Source: Patellaria atrata CBS 101060 (Eukaryota). Taken from it: a stretch of DNA of 64,000 nucleotides. Positions within the stretch are counted from its first letter, which is position 1. Each line of letters opens with the position of its first letter. A program made the position numbers and the translations under genes. Below the pieces are notes generated by a model that did not search any database, had not been told where the DNA came from, and saw only the letters and a program-made list of their open reading frames with translations. The stretch spans positions 108,031-172,030 of the forward strand of contig MU006107.1 in NCBI GenBank assembly GCA_010093705.1, given 5' to 3'. Below are positions 12,776-27,387 of the stretch, piece by piece.

Positions 12776-15700
12776 ATGCCATCCATACACCCTATCTTAT
12801 TGCCCTCTGTGGCCTTTACTTTCTTTGTATCATTTTTCACTATTGTTAGCTATGTCACTGCGCTCGGAGCCACGGATACGATCACCTGGGGTGGTGACAA
12901 CTCTCGCTCGGGATATCAAGAGTGAGTCTTCCTCGAACGTGCTTTCAGGGTCGGATCCCCTTACATATATTAACACTATCTAGTAATCATAATTTAGATC
13001 CGTCCATTGTTGGAAGTGCCAACTTCGGCCAAATATTTAGGACCCCACTACCAGGGAACTACAAGGGGATTGGACCAGAACAAGTCTTCTCTCAGCCCCT
13101 TGTCTTTACCGGTGGTGATGGAATTCAGCACGTGTATATTGCTACAACACAGAATAACATCTATAAGCTAGATGTAAAGACTGGAGAGATCCTACTTCAA
13201 CGTAACCTTCATGTTCCGTTCCTAACAGCCGACTTAGATGGTAAGTTCTATTCCGAACAGATCTCTACTATCATGCTTTAGCAACATACAATATCAGATT
13301 GCTTACAGTTTCACACATCAGGCTGCGTCGACATCAACCCTGCTGTGGGTGTTACTGCTACTGGCGTCATCGATCCGGCGACAGGTATTTGGTATGTCCT
13401 AGCGAAGACTTACTCGGAGGCGTATCAGAATAATGTTCTAAATCCTGCCCAACCCCCCGGACGCTTGAAGGGACGGTATTACTTCCATGCTATCCATACG
13501 GAAACCTTAGCTGAGGTTCAGGGGTTCCCAATCAACCTTGAGGGTCTACTCTTCAGAAACAATAAGAATCGTATGTTTCTAGGTGGAAATCAGCATGCTC
13601 GTCCCGGGTTTCTTCAAATGGGCGACTTCATATATACTGGGTTTGCTTCGCATTGTGTCCAGTATAATTTTACCGGAGCGATCATCGGATTCAATAAGAA
13701 CACCGGAGCTATTGTCGAAGCGTTCGCAACACAAGGGGGTATTGAGCCTAATAGCATTCCAGGTGGCGGTGTATGGATGAGCGGTGGTGGTATAGCATCC
13801 GACGGTCAGGGCAGTATGTTCTTCAGTACTGGCAATGGATATGCATCCCAGCTCAAAGAAGATGGTGCACCTGTTCCGGGAAGGCAACCTCCTACAGCAC
13901 TGGAAGAAGCCGCTGTCAATGCCAAAGTCAATGACGATGGCACTATCACCATAGTGGATTTCTTCATGCCTTGGGAAAAGGTTCAATTGGACGGTGCGGA
14001 TAAGGATTTAGGCACCACACCTCTGCAACTTCTTCCCAGTCAATTTGCTTGTCCGAACGTGCGCCGTATGGGCGTTGTCACAGGGAAGTCAGGAAAGACG
14101 TACTGGCTAGACATCAACAATCTTGGCGGTTATCAAATGGGACCGAATAAACAGGATGCTGTTCCGCAGGTTTACCAAAACGAAAACTCGGTATATGCTG
14201 GCGCAGGTATCTACCCCCTTGATGGAGGTTATGTCTATGTCAATGTTATTCAGTTCCAGACTCATGTCTTCAAGTTCAGTTGTAATAGTCAGGGCAACCC
14301 GCAGTTTTCCTTGGTCGCGAATACACCAGAGAAGAACGCTTATGTCCTTGGTACCGGTCACGGCACGACCACATCCCTCAATGGTCAGCCGGGAACTGGG
14401 TTGTTATGGGTCTCAGATGTTGAGGGAATCAACCTTCGCATCTATAAAGCAGTTCCGGATGGAGGTTCTATGACACTCATTAAAGGGTTCGACATACCTG
14501 GTGTAGTCAAGTTCACCCGTCCAGTGTTTGGTGATGGGAGAGTCTATATCGGTAAGCATCTATAGTTCCTTCGCTATACTTCTCGCCGCTGAAATCAACC
14601 CAGGTACTCAAGGTTATGTCTATGGGTTTGGATCACCCGTAAACCTTCCTCTCAATTGCTCTTCCCCTTACGATTTCGGTACGACGCCTGTCGATGGCGC
14701 ATCTACACCCCGTACAATTCGATGTATTGCAAACATCGCGACGCAAGTTATTGGCATCGGTTTAACGAGCGGCAGGGATTTCGTGCTTTCCGGTCTTCCA
14801 ACGGTACCGTTTCAGTTAGCTCAAGGAGCTGCCTTGACTTTCCAAGCTGCATTCACCCCTAAATCGGTGGGTCCTCTGGCTGGTCAGGTACTGGTCAACA
14901 CAACAAATCCAATTGCGGGATATTCAATATTTACACCTATAACGCTAAAGGGTACTGCGAACTCCCCAAGACCTGTTCTTTCTATCAGTCCAAAACAGGT
15001 CAATTTCACTACCATCGTTGGTGAGAATCCAAATGGAGTTGTGGGTTCTACGATATTCTCCAATTTAGGTGACTCTCCTCTAACAATCAATAACATTACA
15101 TACTCTCTAGTTAGTGAAAGAGGACCATGGGTTACCCCTGTCGTCACCGGTGGCGGTGTCCAAGTTGGACCATTCACGTTTAGTGATCTTCCAACGACTA
15201 TATCTGGCGGTTCATCTGTTACTGTCGAGATTAATTACAATCCAAAGACCGCGGGGAACAATGTAGTCTACGCTCAAATCAACACCGATGGAGGTAGCGC
15301 ATTCCTCGACGTATTCGGAACCGCCAGCACCTATCCTGGTGCTCTTGTCGAATTTGAAAACGCGGACGGTTCTGGGTGGACCAGGTATCAGGAAGGCGTA
15401 CCATTCTCGTTTGGCAGCGTATTGAGGAGTCAAACCAAAACATTGAGACTACGAGTGACAAACAGTGGTACAGCCAGTGCGGCTCCTCTTTCGATCACTG
15501 TGTCCAAACCTCCTTTCGGCGTGGGTGGCATCATTGGAGCTGTCAACAACATCGATTTAGCAGAAGGTGCTAGTATTCCGGCCGGACAAAGTGCCACAGC
15601 TAGTCTTTTCTGCTCCGTTCCCGGTTCGCAGGTTAATCTACCAAGCTACGGGGGTTCGGCTTCATGGACAATGAATACAGGTGATCCTAACCTTGGGAAA

Positions 15701-18700
15701 CTTTTCATGAGTTTCACATGTACCGCTGTGACGGAGCAACTTGGTCCTCGTCTCCAAAACGGAACTGCTCAATATGGCTACGTTGGATGCTTCAAAGAGA
15801 ACAATCCCGAGCGTCAACTTGCAATTATGGCATATGGAGATCAAGGGAACGAGAACGGCCGCTGTATAAACGCATGCTTTAGTCTCAACTACAGATTTGC
15901 CGCCACCCAGTATCAGTCAGAATGTTGGTGTGGTAACGCCATCCCCAATGATCTAGACCCCGAAGAAGACTGCAATTACCTATGCAGTGGTAACAGAACT
16001 CAAACTTGCGGCGGCGACGGCTACTTCCATAACCAAGCACATATGTCTCTCTTTGCTGATAAGCTGAGGTTTGATGGGAATACTACTGCGGAACCCATTC
16101 ATATCGTCCAGTCAGTCGGGCGCTATAATTATCTTGGATGCTATTCCGAGAACAATGGCAAGGCATTCAACCAGAAGGTCACAGCTACAGATGCCATGAC
16201 AACCCAATTCTGTGCTGACTTCTGTGGTGCTTATGATTACTTTGGGCTGGAGTACGCGAGTGAGTGTTACTGTGGAACAACACTAAATGCAGCTGTGGCG
16301 ACCAAAGTCACCGATGGCCAATGCAATATGGCATGTAAAGGTACTAACAGCGAATACTGCGGAGCTGGAAGCAGGATGCAGGTATACAAAGCAAATGGCA
16401 CCGCACCGACAACCTCTACAAGCGTTACATCCGCACCCACGTCTAATCCCACAGGAGTCGGCCCTCTTGCAAACTACACCTATATGGGCTGCTACAGTGA
16501 AACCTCAGATAGGAGGGCATTACTTAGTCCTAAGGGCTTGGGCGGTGGTCCTACGAACACCCGTGAATCTTGTGCCCAGTTTTGTCTTGGATACAATTAC
16601 TTCGGTGTTGAGTATGGCTCCGAGTGCTACTGTGGAAACGAGATCTACTCAAAATCAGCGAAGCAACAAAATGAAGATGGATGCAATGTTCCCTGCGCTG
16701 GTAACCCAAATCAAATGTGCGGAGGAGGAAATTTCTTGAACATCTTCTTCATCAATGCCACTGGAACGAGCCCCTCATCGACAAGTGCTGGACCAACCCC
16801 TACTGAGACTGGACCTGCTACTGTCCCGTCAGCTGGCGTCTTCAGGTCCCTTGGATGTTACAATGAGATCCCTGGACGCGCTCTGACTGGACCGAGCTTC
16901 TCTAACAGCTCCAACTCCATCCAGTTCTGTGCCTCGTTCTGTACCAGCTACCAATTCTTTGGAGTCGAGTATGGCTCAGAGTGCTACTGCGGTAATTCTC
17001 TGGGATCTGGATCTTTGCCAGCTACCGGTTGTACAGTCACTTGTGCGGCCAATCCTCTCCAGTATTGTGGTGGAGGAGATCGCCTCAATTTGTATATAAA
17101 GAACTCTACCACAGTCGGTGGAACTTTCTCAAGCTCTTCTGCTGCCACCGCCTCTCCAATCCCGACAGGCCCAAGTGTAGTTCCGCGAGCTGGCAACTAT
17201 GTGTCCATGGGTTGCTACAATGAGAAGCCTAATGGCCGTTCGTTGGGAGTACTATATCCCGATGACCAGATGACGATACAACTATGTGCCTCTCAAGCTA
17301 CTTCAGGCAAATGGAACTATTTCGGTGTCGAATTCGGTCGAGAATGTTGGATGGGCAATACAACGGACCCTTTGAGCCTGCTGAAACCCCAGAACAACTG
17401 CAACATGGTCTGTCCAGGAAACTCTTCACAATGGTGTGGAGCTGGAAATTATCTTCAAATGTACAATCTTACTACAGCAACAGTACTTCCACTTGCGGCT
17501 ACTATACCTTCCTCTCCTTCACCTACGGTTACGCCAACTCGATCTTCAAGTGTGAGCTCAACATCGGGACTGATGAGTGCCAGTGCCTCTTTAGCAGCAA
17601 GCAGTTCCTTGACAAGTCTTCCAGTAAGTAGTCGGTCAACTAGCTCCAGGAGTTCCACGATCTCTTCGACCGTCCCATCAACCAGCTCTAGAAGTACTAC
17701 GGTCTCTTCGAGCAGTCGCTCAGGAAGCTCAAGTTCAAGCACAATTCCCTCAAGCAGTCCGACTACAAGCAGTATCCTTTCAAGCAATCATCTAAGTAGC
17801 TTAAGTACCAGCTCCATCCCGCTGATTTTACGAGAATCCTCTACTAGTAGCACCAGTCCTTCCAGCTCAGCTCTCCGTCCTACTACCAGTAGTCTTCCCC
17901 CAAGCTCCAGTCTCCGCTTAACCACCACCAGCGTTCCCTCAAGCTCAAGTGTACGCACAACAGCCAGCAGTGCACCCGGCACAACATCCTCTTCTACGCG
18001 TCCTGCTTCAATCCGCTCTACAACTTCATCTACACCCCTCACATCATCCCGCCCAACAACCTCATCCACGCCCCTAACCTCCGCTCGTACAGCATCCACC
18101 TCTACATCATCAGCTCGCCCAGTCGCTTTAGCCACAGTCTCTTCCTATACCCACCAAGGCTGCTACACCGAAGGAACGTCCGGTCGTGCTCTTCCCGCTC
18201 TCAGTTATACGAACACCACCGCAATGAGTCCCACATCCTGTGCCTCCTTCTGCACACAATACGCCTGGTTTGGGGTCGAAAACGGAAAGGAGTGCTACTG
18301 TGGACCTTATGTCAAAAACGGAGCTCAGAACCTCACCATGGCACGACAGGGAGAGTGCTCGTATCCCTGCTCCGGGAACAAGGGCTTCCTTTGTGGTGGG
18401 AACAGTAGGATCAACATGTACTACTCGAGTAGTAGCAGTAAGGTAGACACAGATCCGGTGACGGTGCAAAGAGAGGGAAGATACACATTCTACTCCTGCG
18501 TTACTGATAGCAGGGATCGTAGGGCGCTGACAACGAGGGTGCTGGGCGATGATATGACGGTACAGAAGTGTATGGGTATCGCGGAGAGGGGGGATTATTC
18601 GTGGGCCGGCGTGGAGGTGGGGAGAGAGTGTTGGATGGGAAATATTCTCGATGCGGGAAGTAGGAATGTTACGAAAAGTTCTACTGAGAGTGGGTGTAGT

Positions 18701-18772
18701 ACTGGTTGTAGGGGAGATCCGAGGCAAGCGTGTGGTGGTGGGGATAGGATTAGTCTTTATAAGAGGGTTTAG
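12776..18772 (+). CDS. Large secreted protein: PQQ-like beta-propeller region, Ig-like (ASH-type) modules, seven WSC domains and a Ser/Thr linker (~1933 aa)
   Basis: Exons 12776-12921, 12984-13240, 13322-14551, 14604-18772. Hydrophobic signal-like N-terminus MPSIHPILLPSVAFTFFVSFFTIVSYVTA. Seven Y/FxxxGCY..C..FC..YxYFGVEYxxECYCG..C...C.G....CGG WSC repeats. ~230-aa Ser/Thr tract between WSC5 and WSC6. Confidence 0.88.
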
Positions 18773-21700
18773 GGGTCATAGGGTGTTAAAGAGATGGGTT
18801 TGGGTAATTTGAGAGTGCCGGAAGACGGTCATTGACTTGGTTCCCTAAAGGGGGTGTTTGGTCTCATTTTCACTTTCACTTCATCGTTACCGTCTCCTTT
18901 TTCATCTTCTTCTTTCTTGCATATAATATCACTCCTTTGACGCATATTGATACGAGGATTTTGCTTCCTGAGGCGTAGACAGAATTCAATGGCCTTAGTA
19001 TATAGTCTTTGAGATTTAACATTATATGCCTATGATGCCATTGTGATATCCATTCCTAGATTTGAGTTTTAGACTTTGTCCTGGATATTTTCACGGACCT
19101 GGTCAAATCCGTTATTTAGCTAGTGCCCTCTGAGGATACGGGAGAGAATAGGAGAAGGAGTGCAGTGTACACTGTACCGTACAACTTACCTGAGCTATCC
19201 CGTGCCATGATTATATATACACACAATGAGATATGCTGGCCAAATGTACCTAGGTTTCAAAGTAGCAAACGATTTTGCACTCATTTATATACTGATGGAG
19301 CATGGAAAGCTTCGTTCATCTAGATGACATAGCAGTATATTATATTAGTTCAATGATCATCCCTTACTAGTTGGTGAACAATCACCCCCTACACTTAGAT
19401 CTAGTGAATTGCCAGTAGAATTTCACTATTCAAAATCCGGGTACCTTCCTTACAACGCGCGTTCAGCGTACTGATTTCTTTCTTCCCAGCGCGCCTTCCT
19501 TTCTCACGATGAAGTTGTACTGCCCATTTTTGGACCTTCCTTCAGGTTCCTTCCTCCTTCCTTCCTTTTCTGATATCAACGGACAACGCGGGCCGTATCT
19601 AAGATTTAACCTGAACTCCAACCTTAATTGCACATTTGCCTTCTAACCTTAATTCAACCTTTGTCTTTTAACCTTAACCCAACCTTCGTCTTCGTACTAT
19701 ATTGCATACCTGATAGGTGCAACACCTTTATCACAACCTACCTCAACTTCCTTTGAGCTCTATCGATGGGTTTTAAATATGGGTATTCTCTATACATATA
19801 GGTAGTACTGTGCTTGTAAAGGGGTAAGGAATTTAGCTTGGATAGGAGAATGTAGGAGGGGTTTTGGTGGTGATTGAGACAGATGGGCGGAGTGATGTGT
19901 GGAGAAGTGTGAGTTTAAAGAGTGTTTTGAATGGATTTTTGTTAGCTTCTTGGATATGATAGCACCCATTCGAAATATACTTAAGTTTCCATAATGAGAT
20001 AGATAGAACTGATGGTTTGGTTCATAGACTGAAGACTCTATATCATCGTCTGGTTGTACAGTACAGTACGCCAGTATACAAGAGTAAGTGAAATATATCT
20101 TTTAGATATAAGAGCTCTATAGCGTTGATCCTTAACTCACTTTTGCGGATCATTTGGCTTTTACATAGGGATTCTTAGACATAGAGGAGAATATGAGAGA
20201 ATGGATTGGAATTTAAACTAATTGAAGCTCGATATCGTTCCCACAACCGTACAAGTGAGATGTATCACAACGCAAAGTACAGTGCATGTAAAAGTATAAC
20301 ACCTACCATAACTTTTAAAGACTCGGAGACCAAGTTTAGATTATGTCCATAAGGTCCTATACAAGTATTTCTGCCCTGGCAGCACTAGAGACCCCATGTA
20401 ACATCATCCTACAGCGCTCAATCAAGGATTTATCAAAGACCTATAAAAATTGACTTTCCAAGTTGCCGATATCTCATCATCTAACATGAACTGGAACACA
20501 CCTACCTCACACCACCACCACCATACCATGAGTAGAATGTAGTCGGTAGTCAAAAATACACTGATGGTTCCCCCCGGGCCCGGCATCGAGGCCCGATCAA
20601 CCTGATTGCCCGCTATCCCCGACCCACAAAAGCTCGAAAGTGAAGAAAGTTCAAAAAGACTCAGGGTGTCACACCGTTCGAGGATCGTGCGCTCCCCGGG
20701 TTCCCCCAAAATATCTTTAAAAGCAGATCATGACATGTTGAACTACCGAGGCTGCCGGTTCGCGAGCTTTCGGCGCCGTGAGACATGAGGACATAGTGGT
20801 CGCTGCGAGAGCACCTTTAGGAGCAGCGTGGGTGCTTGTTTCACCATATATTGAGTGCTGGAATCGGGATCCCTTTGGGATCTCGAGAATATTGTGTTGG
20901 GAGAAGAATTGTGTGGTGAGGTTTTTGACGGATGTCCGATAAGGCCGTGGGGTCGAAAGAACTTCCTATCCTTCCACGTCTTCCCGAGGACCTCTGGTCT
21001 GGGAAGATGTTTTCTTGTTGCCTTTCATTGTACAAGTGCCGGAACTGTGGTGTATTAGGAAGGAGCTCGGAGTCGGCGAGGATGAAGGGGAAACGAAAAC
21101 GATACTCAGCCTTTTGCCACACCCTGGGCAGAAGAGACGGGCCGAAAGGTGTTTCTATCACTTGAATCGAAGGTGACATTTAGCAGACCTTTCGTCGTCT
21201 GATTAGATATCCGGATGAAGTAGATACAAGCGAGTATTGCCATTATCATGATAAGAGTTCACGAAGTTGTTGTTATTCTATACCTTTGGCTGGAAAGTCG
21301 ACGCTGAGACCATGACTCTATACTTCTGACGATTACCTATAAGCTGTAAACAAGAATAGGTCATTGCTCATCTACTTCCACAAGTAGACCTCTCTTAAAC
21401 TCATTATTGCCATTCTGTACAAGACCGTCTGGCAGACGCAAAGCTCTGACACTTGCAGATTGACAGCTTACAGTTCGATGCAAGATGCTGTATGCACACA
21501 GCGGGAGGGCGAATGCGGGCACTGCTTGACTGTAATCTACAATATAGCGGTTTGCAGCGCCAACCTTACCGGCGACCAGGCGAGTAGAGGAGAGAGACAG
21601 ACGGTCGACAGTGCCGTTGACGCGTCGTGTCGATTTCCCTCGCAGAGATGCGCGAGTCCGTTGGGTAAGGTAGATCTGGGAAGAGGGATAGCTGCATATC

Positions 21701-24700
21701 TACAATGTGCATCGCGGGAGGTGCTACATAACGCTTGACGCATGTACATATGTCGTACATAGAAGCCTATGCAAGTTCTAGCAAAGCGGGGAAAAGTAAG
21801 TCTCTGACTCTGTCGTCAGGCGAGGTGGTTTAGGTTCACGATGTCTCAAAGGCATATTACTCTGTCTCGAAGGCTCGTGAGCATTCGGAATGTGTACGGG
21901 CTTTTGAAGTTTAGTAGTCAGATTACTGCTGTGGTCCGTGGGAAGGGGTTATTATTGGGTTGGGTGTTGAGGGGGATGGTGCTCTGATGGGAGTGGAGTC
22001 AAGGTTATGTTATCGGCGGGGTAAGTGCTGTGTGGCATGGATCCATGTTTGACAAAGGTCAGAGTGTCATTTTGACTTTTATATGGAACCTTTTCATCAC
22101 CAGATATCGGGATAGAAGTAGTAGGAATTGAACTGGCGGTGAGTCCAAAGTAGAGATACTCTGGTGCGGTAGATACGGTGGAAAGGATCCGTTTGGCGGT
22201 TGATGAGATAGGAAAAACGGGACGATCGATATGATTGCGAGTAGGTATGGTAAATCGGGGGAATAATAGCTATAGGGGATTATTAGGGATGTTGTTGATT
22301 GACCATTTCGCGCTAGAGAATCGAGTGAGGAAAGATGTCGCACCAACAACCATCCATGAGGTGAGATGGACAGAAAGTCAAAGCAGGAAGAAAAGTCTCC
22401 AGTGGTCCATACTCCATAACTTTCAACTCACCTAGAACTAGCCTCTTCTAGCCCCCTCCCTTGTGGCCTCCCTTGGCTCAAGAGCACGGCGCAGACATCT
22501 GGCAACCTGTTCCCAGCCATGTCGTGCATTTTAGCCAATGATGAAGCAATTATGGTAGAGTAGCGCTGGCCCCACTACTGCTTTTCTTGTAAACTTTTGT
22601 CCCATCTGGTCAATGATGTCCATCACGCCCACGAACCTCAGGGTTAGGCGAAAAAGCTGCAAGGGAGATGGTCTGTGTCGCCTTACAGCATCCAAAAGCG
22701 GTTATCCCGGCTGGATATGCCCACCGATAACGGCTCTCTTTTGGTGTCTTCAGACGTGGCTGACAATGATTGGAAGAACAGTTCGCTCTCTATCCTCCGC
22801 TCGTAATCGACGACCACCTACTTTGAGAACTTCGTCACAGTCCTGTCTTAAATCAATCTTTGATACGATCACGGTGCGACTTGTTCAAACATGCGGCGAC
22901 CTCATAGACGTTACGCATGCTGAATGGAAATTGGCAAAACCCAAATTGAGTACCTTGCCTTGCCTGTATCTGTTCTGCGGCAAAGGCTGTATGTACTGTA
23001 GGTTCTAAGGTAACTGCAAAAGCTGTTCGGGGAGAAGCCGCCCCAGCCTGTTCAGTCAACATCCACCAATGATCCAATCCACCTCAACGCTCACGGTCCT
23101 CCCTGTCCGGCGGCATTGTCCGTCGAAACAAGGATCTTGCAGAAACATCACATGCATCATGCAAGTGCGGGAGGAAGACAAATGAACCTATCCAATAGGT
23201 ACCAAAGCCAGATTCAACGCGGAGCTGCAGGAACGATGTGCCGGCGTTCGATGCGTGGAGGAGGAATTTGGGGGAATCCTCTTTCAGCCTTCTCGAACAA
23301 CTTCATCCTCACTTTCTTAGAATCCTGATGTGCTGATCTCTGTATCTTGCAGCGTTTTTTGCCTCCCGGCTTCACGCCGAACGATTTCGCCGTCCCGAAG
23401 CGAGATGATGCACAGTTGTGACGGCCTGTACAGTACGTTTCCCCCATTTTTGAACGGTTGTTTTAACCAGTATGAGATAGTCTCCAGACTTTCGTTTATT
23501 TTTGACATGTTCGTACTTGTACGGAACGTATCGATCAGCTACCGGAATATAAACTGATCGTCTACCGGTATCCGTCTTGCTTGTATCGTAAGCGCTGAGG
23601 CAATCAACTATGCCTCTGCTGGTTAATTGAGATTGTTTGAGGTTTTTTGTTCCGTCCGACTGAAGTGAATACCTGCTGTACCAAAAAGCCAAAGATATCT
23701 GTGAGGCCAATGCGTCGCTGCTGCACTGCACGTTTATTTTCTCTTTGCATGCCGTCCATGTACATGATCCACGCGAATGTTGTATTACTTGCCCTTGCCT
23801 TGTTCAAGACTCTCGCTTGTCCAGCGTTGAAGGACACGGTTGAGCGCCACAGTCTTACAATACTGACTGAAACTTTGAAAGACGAAACATTTGCGGAACT
23901 GTAAACTGCAGTTGTTGGGGACATTCCAAGCATGATTTCTGTCATCCCGTTGTACAGCTTCTCGACCTGGTAAAGACACGCAGTGATCGGGTGGCTTTTG
24001 AGCCACACGTCTCAAGTCAAAAGCCCCGTGCACACTGATCGCTCCGGAGGGGACGAAGACTCATGTGGTGGCTGACATGCGGCGGTCTGATTGACTGATT
24101 CGAGCTTTTCGAGTTCCTCAAGATCGTCAAATATAAAAGAGGAACGCGCGGTAACCTTTCTCTCCATCGGACGAGCTGGATGTGTGATAATTGCTGACAG
24201 TTGTGACAGGCTCCTGATTTGACCCGTAGACGTTCGTTAGCTGACAACATTTTCAAATTTAGAAAGGAAAATCGCTAAGCGGCGCTTGAAAGTCAAAAAT
24301 AGCCGCCGACTCGGCGTGAGATTGGTCAAGGCGTCTTTAGAGACCCCGTTATGGAATCACAGTACGGAGGTACGTACAGTACGAGCACCGGGTAATTGAC
24401 AGGATGCCTATTAACGGCGAGGTAGAGTTCGTATGATAACACGGAATGTATACAGTCAATGCTCGATATCTGAATCTCGCACATTTTTGACATCTATCCA
24501 AGGTACTGGAAGTCGGACAGCATCTGAAGCTTAGCGTTTCATAGAAATCCAGTCGTGCCAGTCTTGCCAGTCTTGTCAGTATCATTGAAAAAGGCTCGTT
24601 TGTCATCAGTAGGTAGGCATGTCCAGTTGAAGGTGGAACGCAGTTGGACCACAATCCGCCAACGCATAACTTTCGCACACCGCAACATAGACCTATCAGA

Positions 24701-27295
24701 AGTCATTCCACTACGCCCTCAGAATCCAAGTTTGTGAAACGGGGATATAAGTCCAAGAGAGACCAAGACAGCTTTTGCAGATCGTTGTTACGAAAATCCG
24801 AAGAGAATTCCCGAGACTGTGGACAGCCGACAGAACTTCGTTAAATGGTCTATTTCGGCAACTGTTGAAGTTTCCTCTTCTCTCTTGTGGGTCGTAGTTA
24901 TCGGGTCTTTGTAATCGTATCTCTATTGTACCTCTCTATGTTCTTCGCAGCACCAACTGTCTAGAAGGATTAGCAATTAGCAAAGGTTGATGTACCCAGG
25001 ATTTAGCTTAGGAACTGAACAATAATGCTATCTTACTTTTCCTCGTTGCGCACGCGCACTTGTGAATCATCATTTTTTAGTACTTAGAATATCTACTACG
25101 GGGAAAGAAAAGAGATTGCTGGTTGTAACAATAATGGTGATCAGTGCTTTGAGGTGATGGGTCCTTACGCTCTGGCCCGCAGTCCAATCAGTTCGACTCC
25201 CATCAGTGCGAAGCCTCAAGGCAATCCTGGACCAACCGTCTTTGCCCCATGCTTCTAAAGTATACTTCCATGTTGGCCAATTGTTGTATACTTTGAAGCC
25301 AGTTGACCGATTGTAACTTTGTAGTTTAGCCTGAGCAAGCAAATCAATATAGAGAAACCATATTGACGAATCTCCCGTTTTCCCATCCGATATCACGGCG
25401 CCTAAGCTGTGGTCCTGGGATCTGAAGTCGCCATTTCTGCTAAACAGTGCTATCGCTTCCCTGGCAGATAAGTGTGAGATACTAGATACGGTAGAACAAG
25501 TTTCGTCTATGGATCTCCCAGACTCCCGCCGTTGCTAGCGGATCGTCGTCTTGCTTTTTTTACATCGTGACTCGCAGCAGGGGACTAGTTGAAATACGCA
25601 ATCAGCAAGATCATTATTGCCGAATTTCAGTGGTATCGGTCTGCCAGCTGTGTAGACAAACGGCGGCCGTGCCAACCTTTTGCTTGTCCCGACCATGTTG
25701 AGCAGATACACGCCGTACTAACAGGGGAAGACGTGTCGGACATCTAACAAACTGTCCGAGTTCTCTCTAGGGCCCCTTCGGAGAAGTTGACCCACAGTTA
25801 GCCCTCTCCGCATCCTTCGTTCCAGCTTAATAAGGGAAAGGTTGAGGTCGAGGGTGAAAAGAAAAAGCCTCGCTATCAAGTCTCGCTAGCCATGCTCTCC
25901 GGCGACTACAAAGGGCTGGGGGGTTAGGATTCACCCGTGATGTTTTTCCTCAGATCCCAGCCTGTGGTCCTGTGCGCACTTTTATTAAAAGTGTGCAATC
26001 CAAACACTCGGTCCGGGCATCAAGCGTGGAAAACGTAAGGTAGGGCGTCTTCTGAAGCCTGTTCCTCGCAAGCTGATATATCGTTATTCCAAAGCCATAC
26101 TGGGTTAATGTGTTCGAACCGGCAGTGGCTTATGGGGGTAGCAGGTTCAGTGGGGTTAGAGGACAGTACAGTAGTCTGATCGTCTTATATTTCTCAGTTC
26201 GTCAGAGCAACAACGGGAGAGGTAAGAGGGCCGGGAGTGGTAGAGAGCCGTCAGCTTCAAACCTTTGTGTCTCTTCCGTAGAACTACACAGGAAAGCAAA
26301 TCCAGCAGAGACAGGCATGCAAAAGCTTCCCGTTCGTGGGGTTGACCATGTCCTGATTGACCAAGCGAGCGCTCTGGGGCTAGGTTCTGCTGCCCTCAGG
26401 AAGGCTAGGATGCCATCCCATCAATGAACTTTTTTTTCCCTTGCTCCACACCAGGCCCATTTGAATTAGATTGAGCATCGGGCGGCTTGTTGGCTTGGTT
26501 GGATAACGCTTTGACTTGATCTCCAATTCTCCACCGAGCTTGCCTGCACTCCTCCCGAGCGAGAAAGCTCTACTACTGTAGTAATTATTTGTGAGTTACA
26601 GCAGCAGCAGCAGGAGCAGCAGCAGTACGGTGCGGTCCTTTTTTGGTTCCTCCAGACTGAGAAAATCCCTGAATCCTTGAATGGAAGTTTGATTTGTTGT
26701 AGGCGGGTGTACAGTCAGCACAGAGCCAGAGCGAATAGACAAAGACAATACTGTTCTAGCCTTCTAGCCTTTTCTTGCCTCGCTCTGTTCCTGTTGCTGC
26801 AGACAATCGTTCTCTGCAGAAAACGATCTCCGCCAAAAGAAAAAGAGGAAAAGAGAGAGAAAGGAAACGAGAAGAGAGAGACCAGTGGTTCTTGTTGAAT
26901 TTCTTCAAGTTGCTTTCGCGGTGTCTCCCCAGGACGACTGCTGATCGATCCATTATTGTTTCGCCGTTCCGTGACCAACCAACCATCCAACATCCCGTCT
27001 TTGGTGTTATTGTCGTTGTTCAACATCCCGCACATCATCGACGCTCTCGACCTCAAGGAACGTTTCAATTAACTCTCCAAAAGGTATTTTCTCTTTTCTT
27101 CTCTCTTCTTGCCGGGCCCTCTTGCAAAAAGTTGTTACTACTTTCCCGCCTTCGCCTATCTTTGGGCTGGTTTGTTCAATAGCGCCAGCCCGTCACATCC
27201 CAGCCTCCGCTTCTAAACCGCCGTCCATCCCCACTGCTTTCTACCAACCACTCTCTTTTTTTACACCTTTTGTTTTCTTACTGAACGTTGACTCT

Positions 27296-27387
27296 GTATG
27301 TTCCGCAGACGCCTCCTCCTCAATTATCCTTACCCTTACCATATGACGATCTTGTTGACCTTGTTCCACTGACCTCCTGCGCTACAG
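27296..27387 (+). other. Probable 5'-UTR intron of stuA
   Basis: GTATGT donor at 27296, CTGAC branch site and CTACAG acceptor at 27387. An alternative donor AAG|GTATTT lies at 27084. Confidence 0.55.

Noticed and set aside
17455..18727. Antisense ORFs over the WSC gene 3' part
   Set aside because: Antisense shadows of the low-complexity Ser/Thr linker and WSC coding sequence
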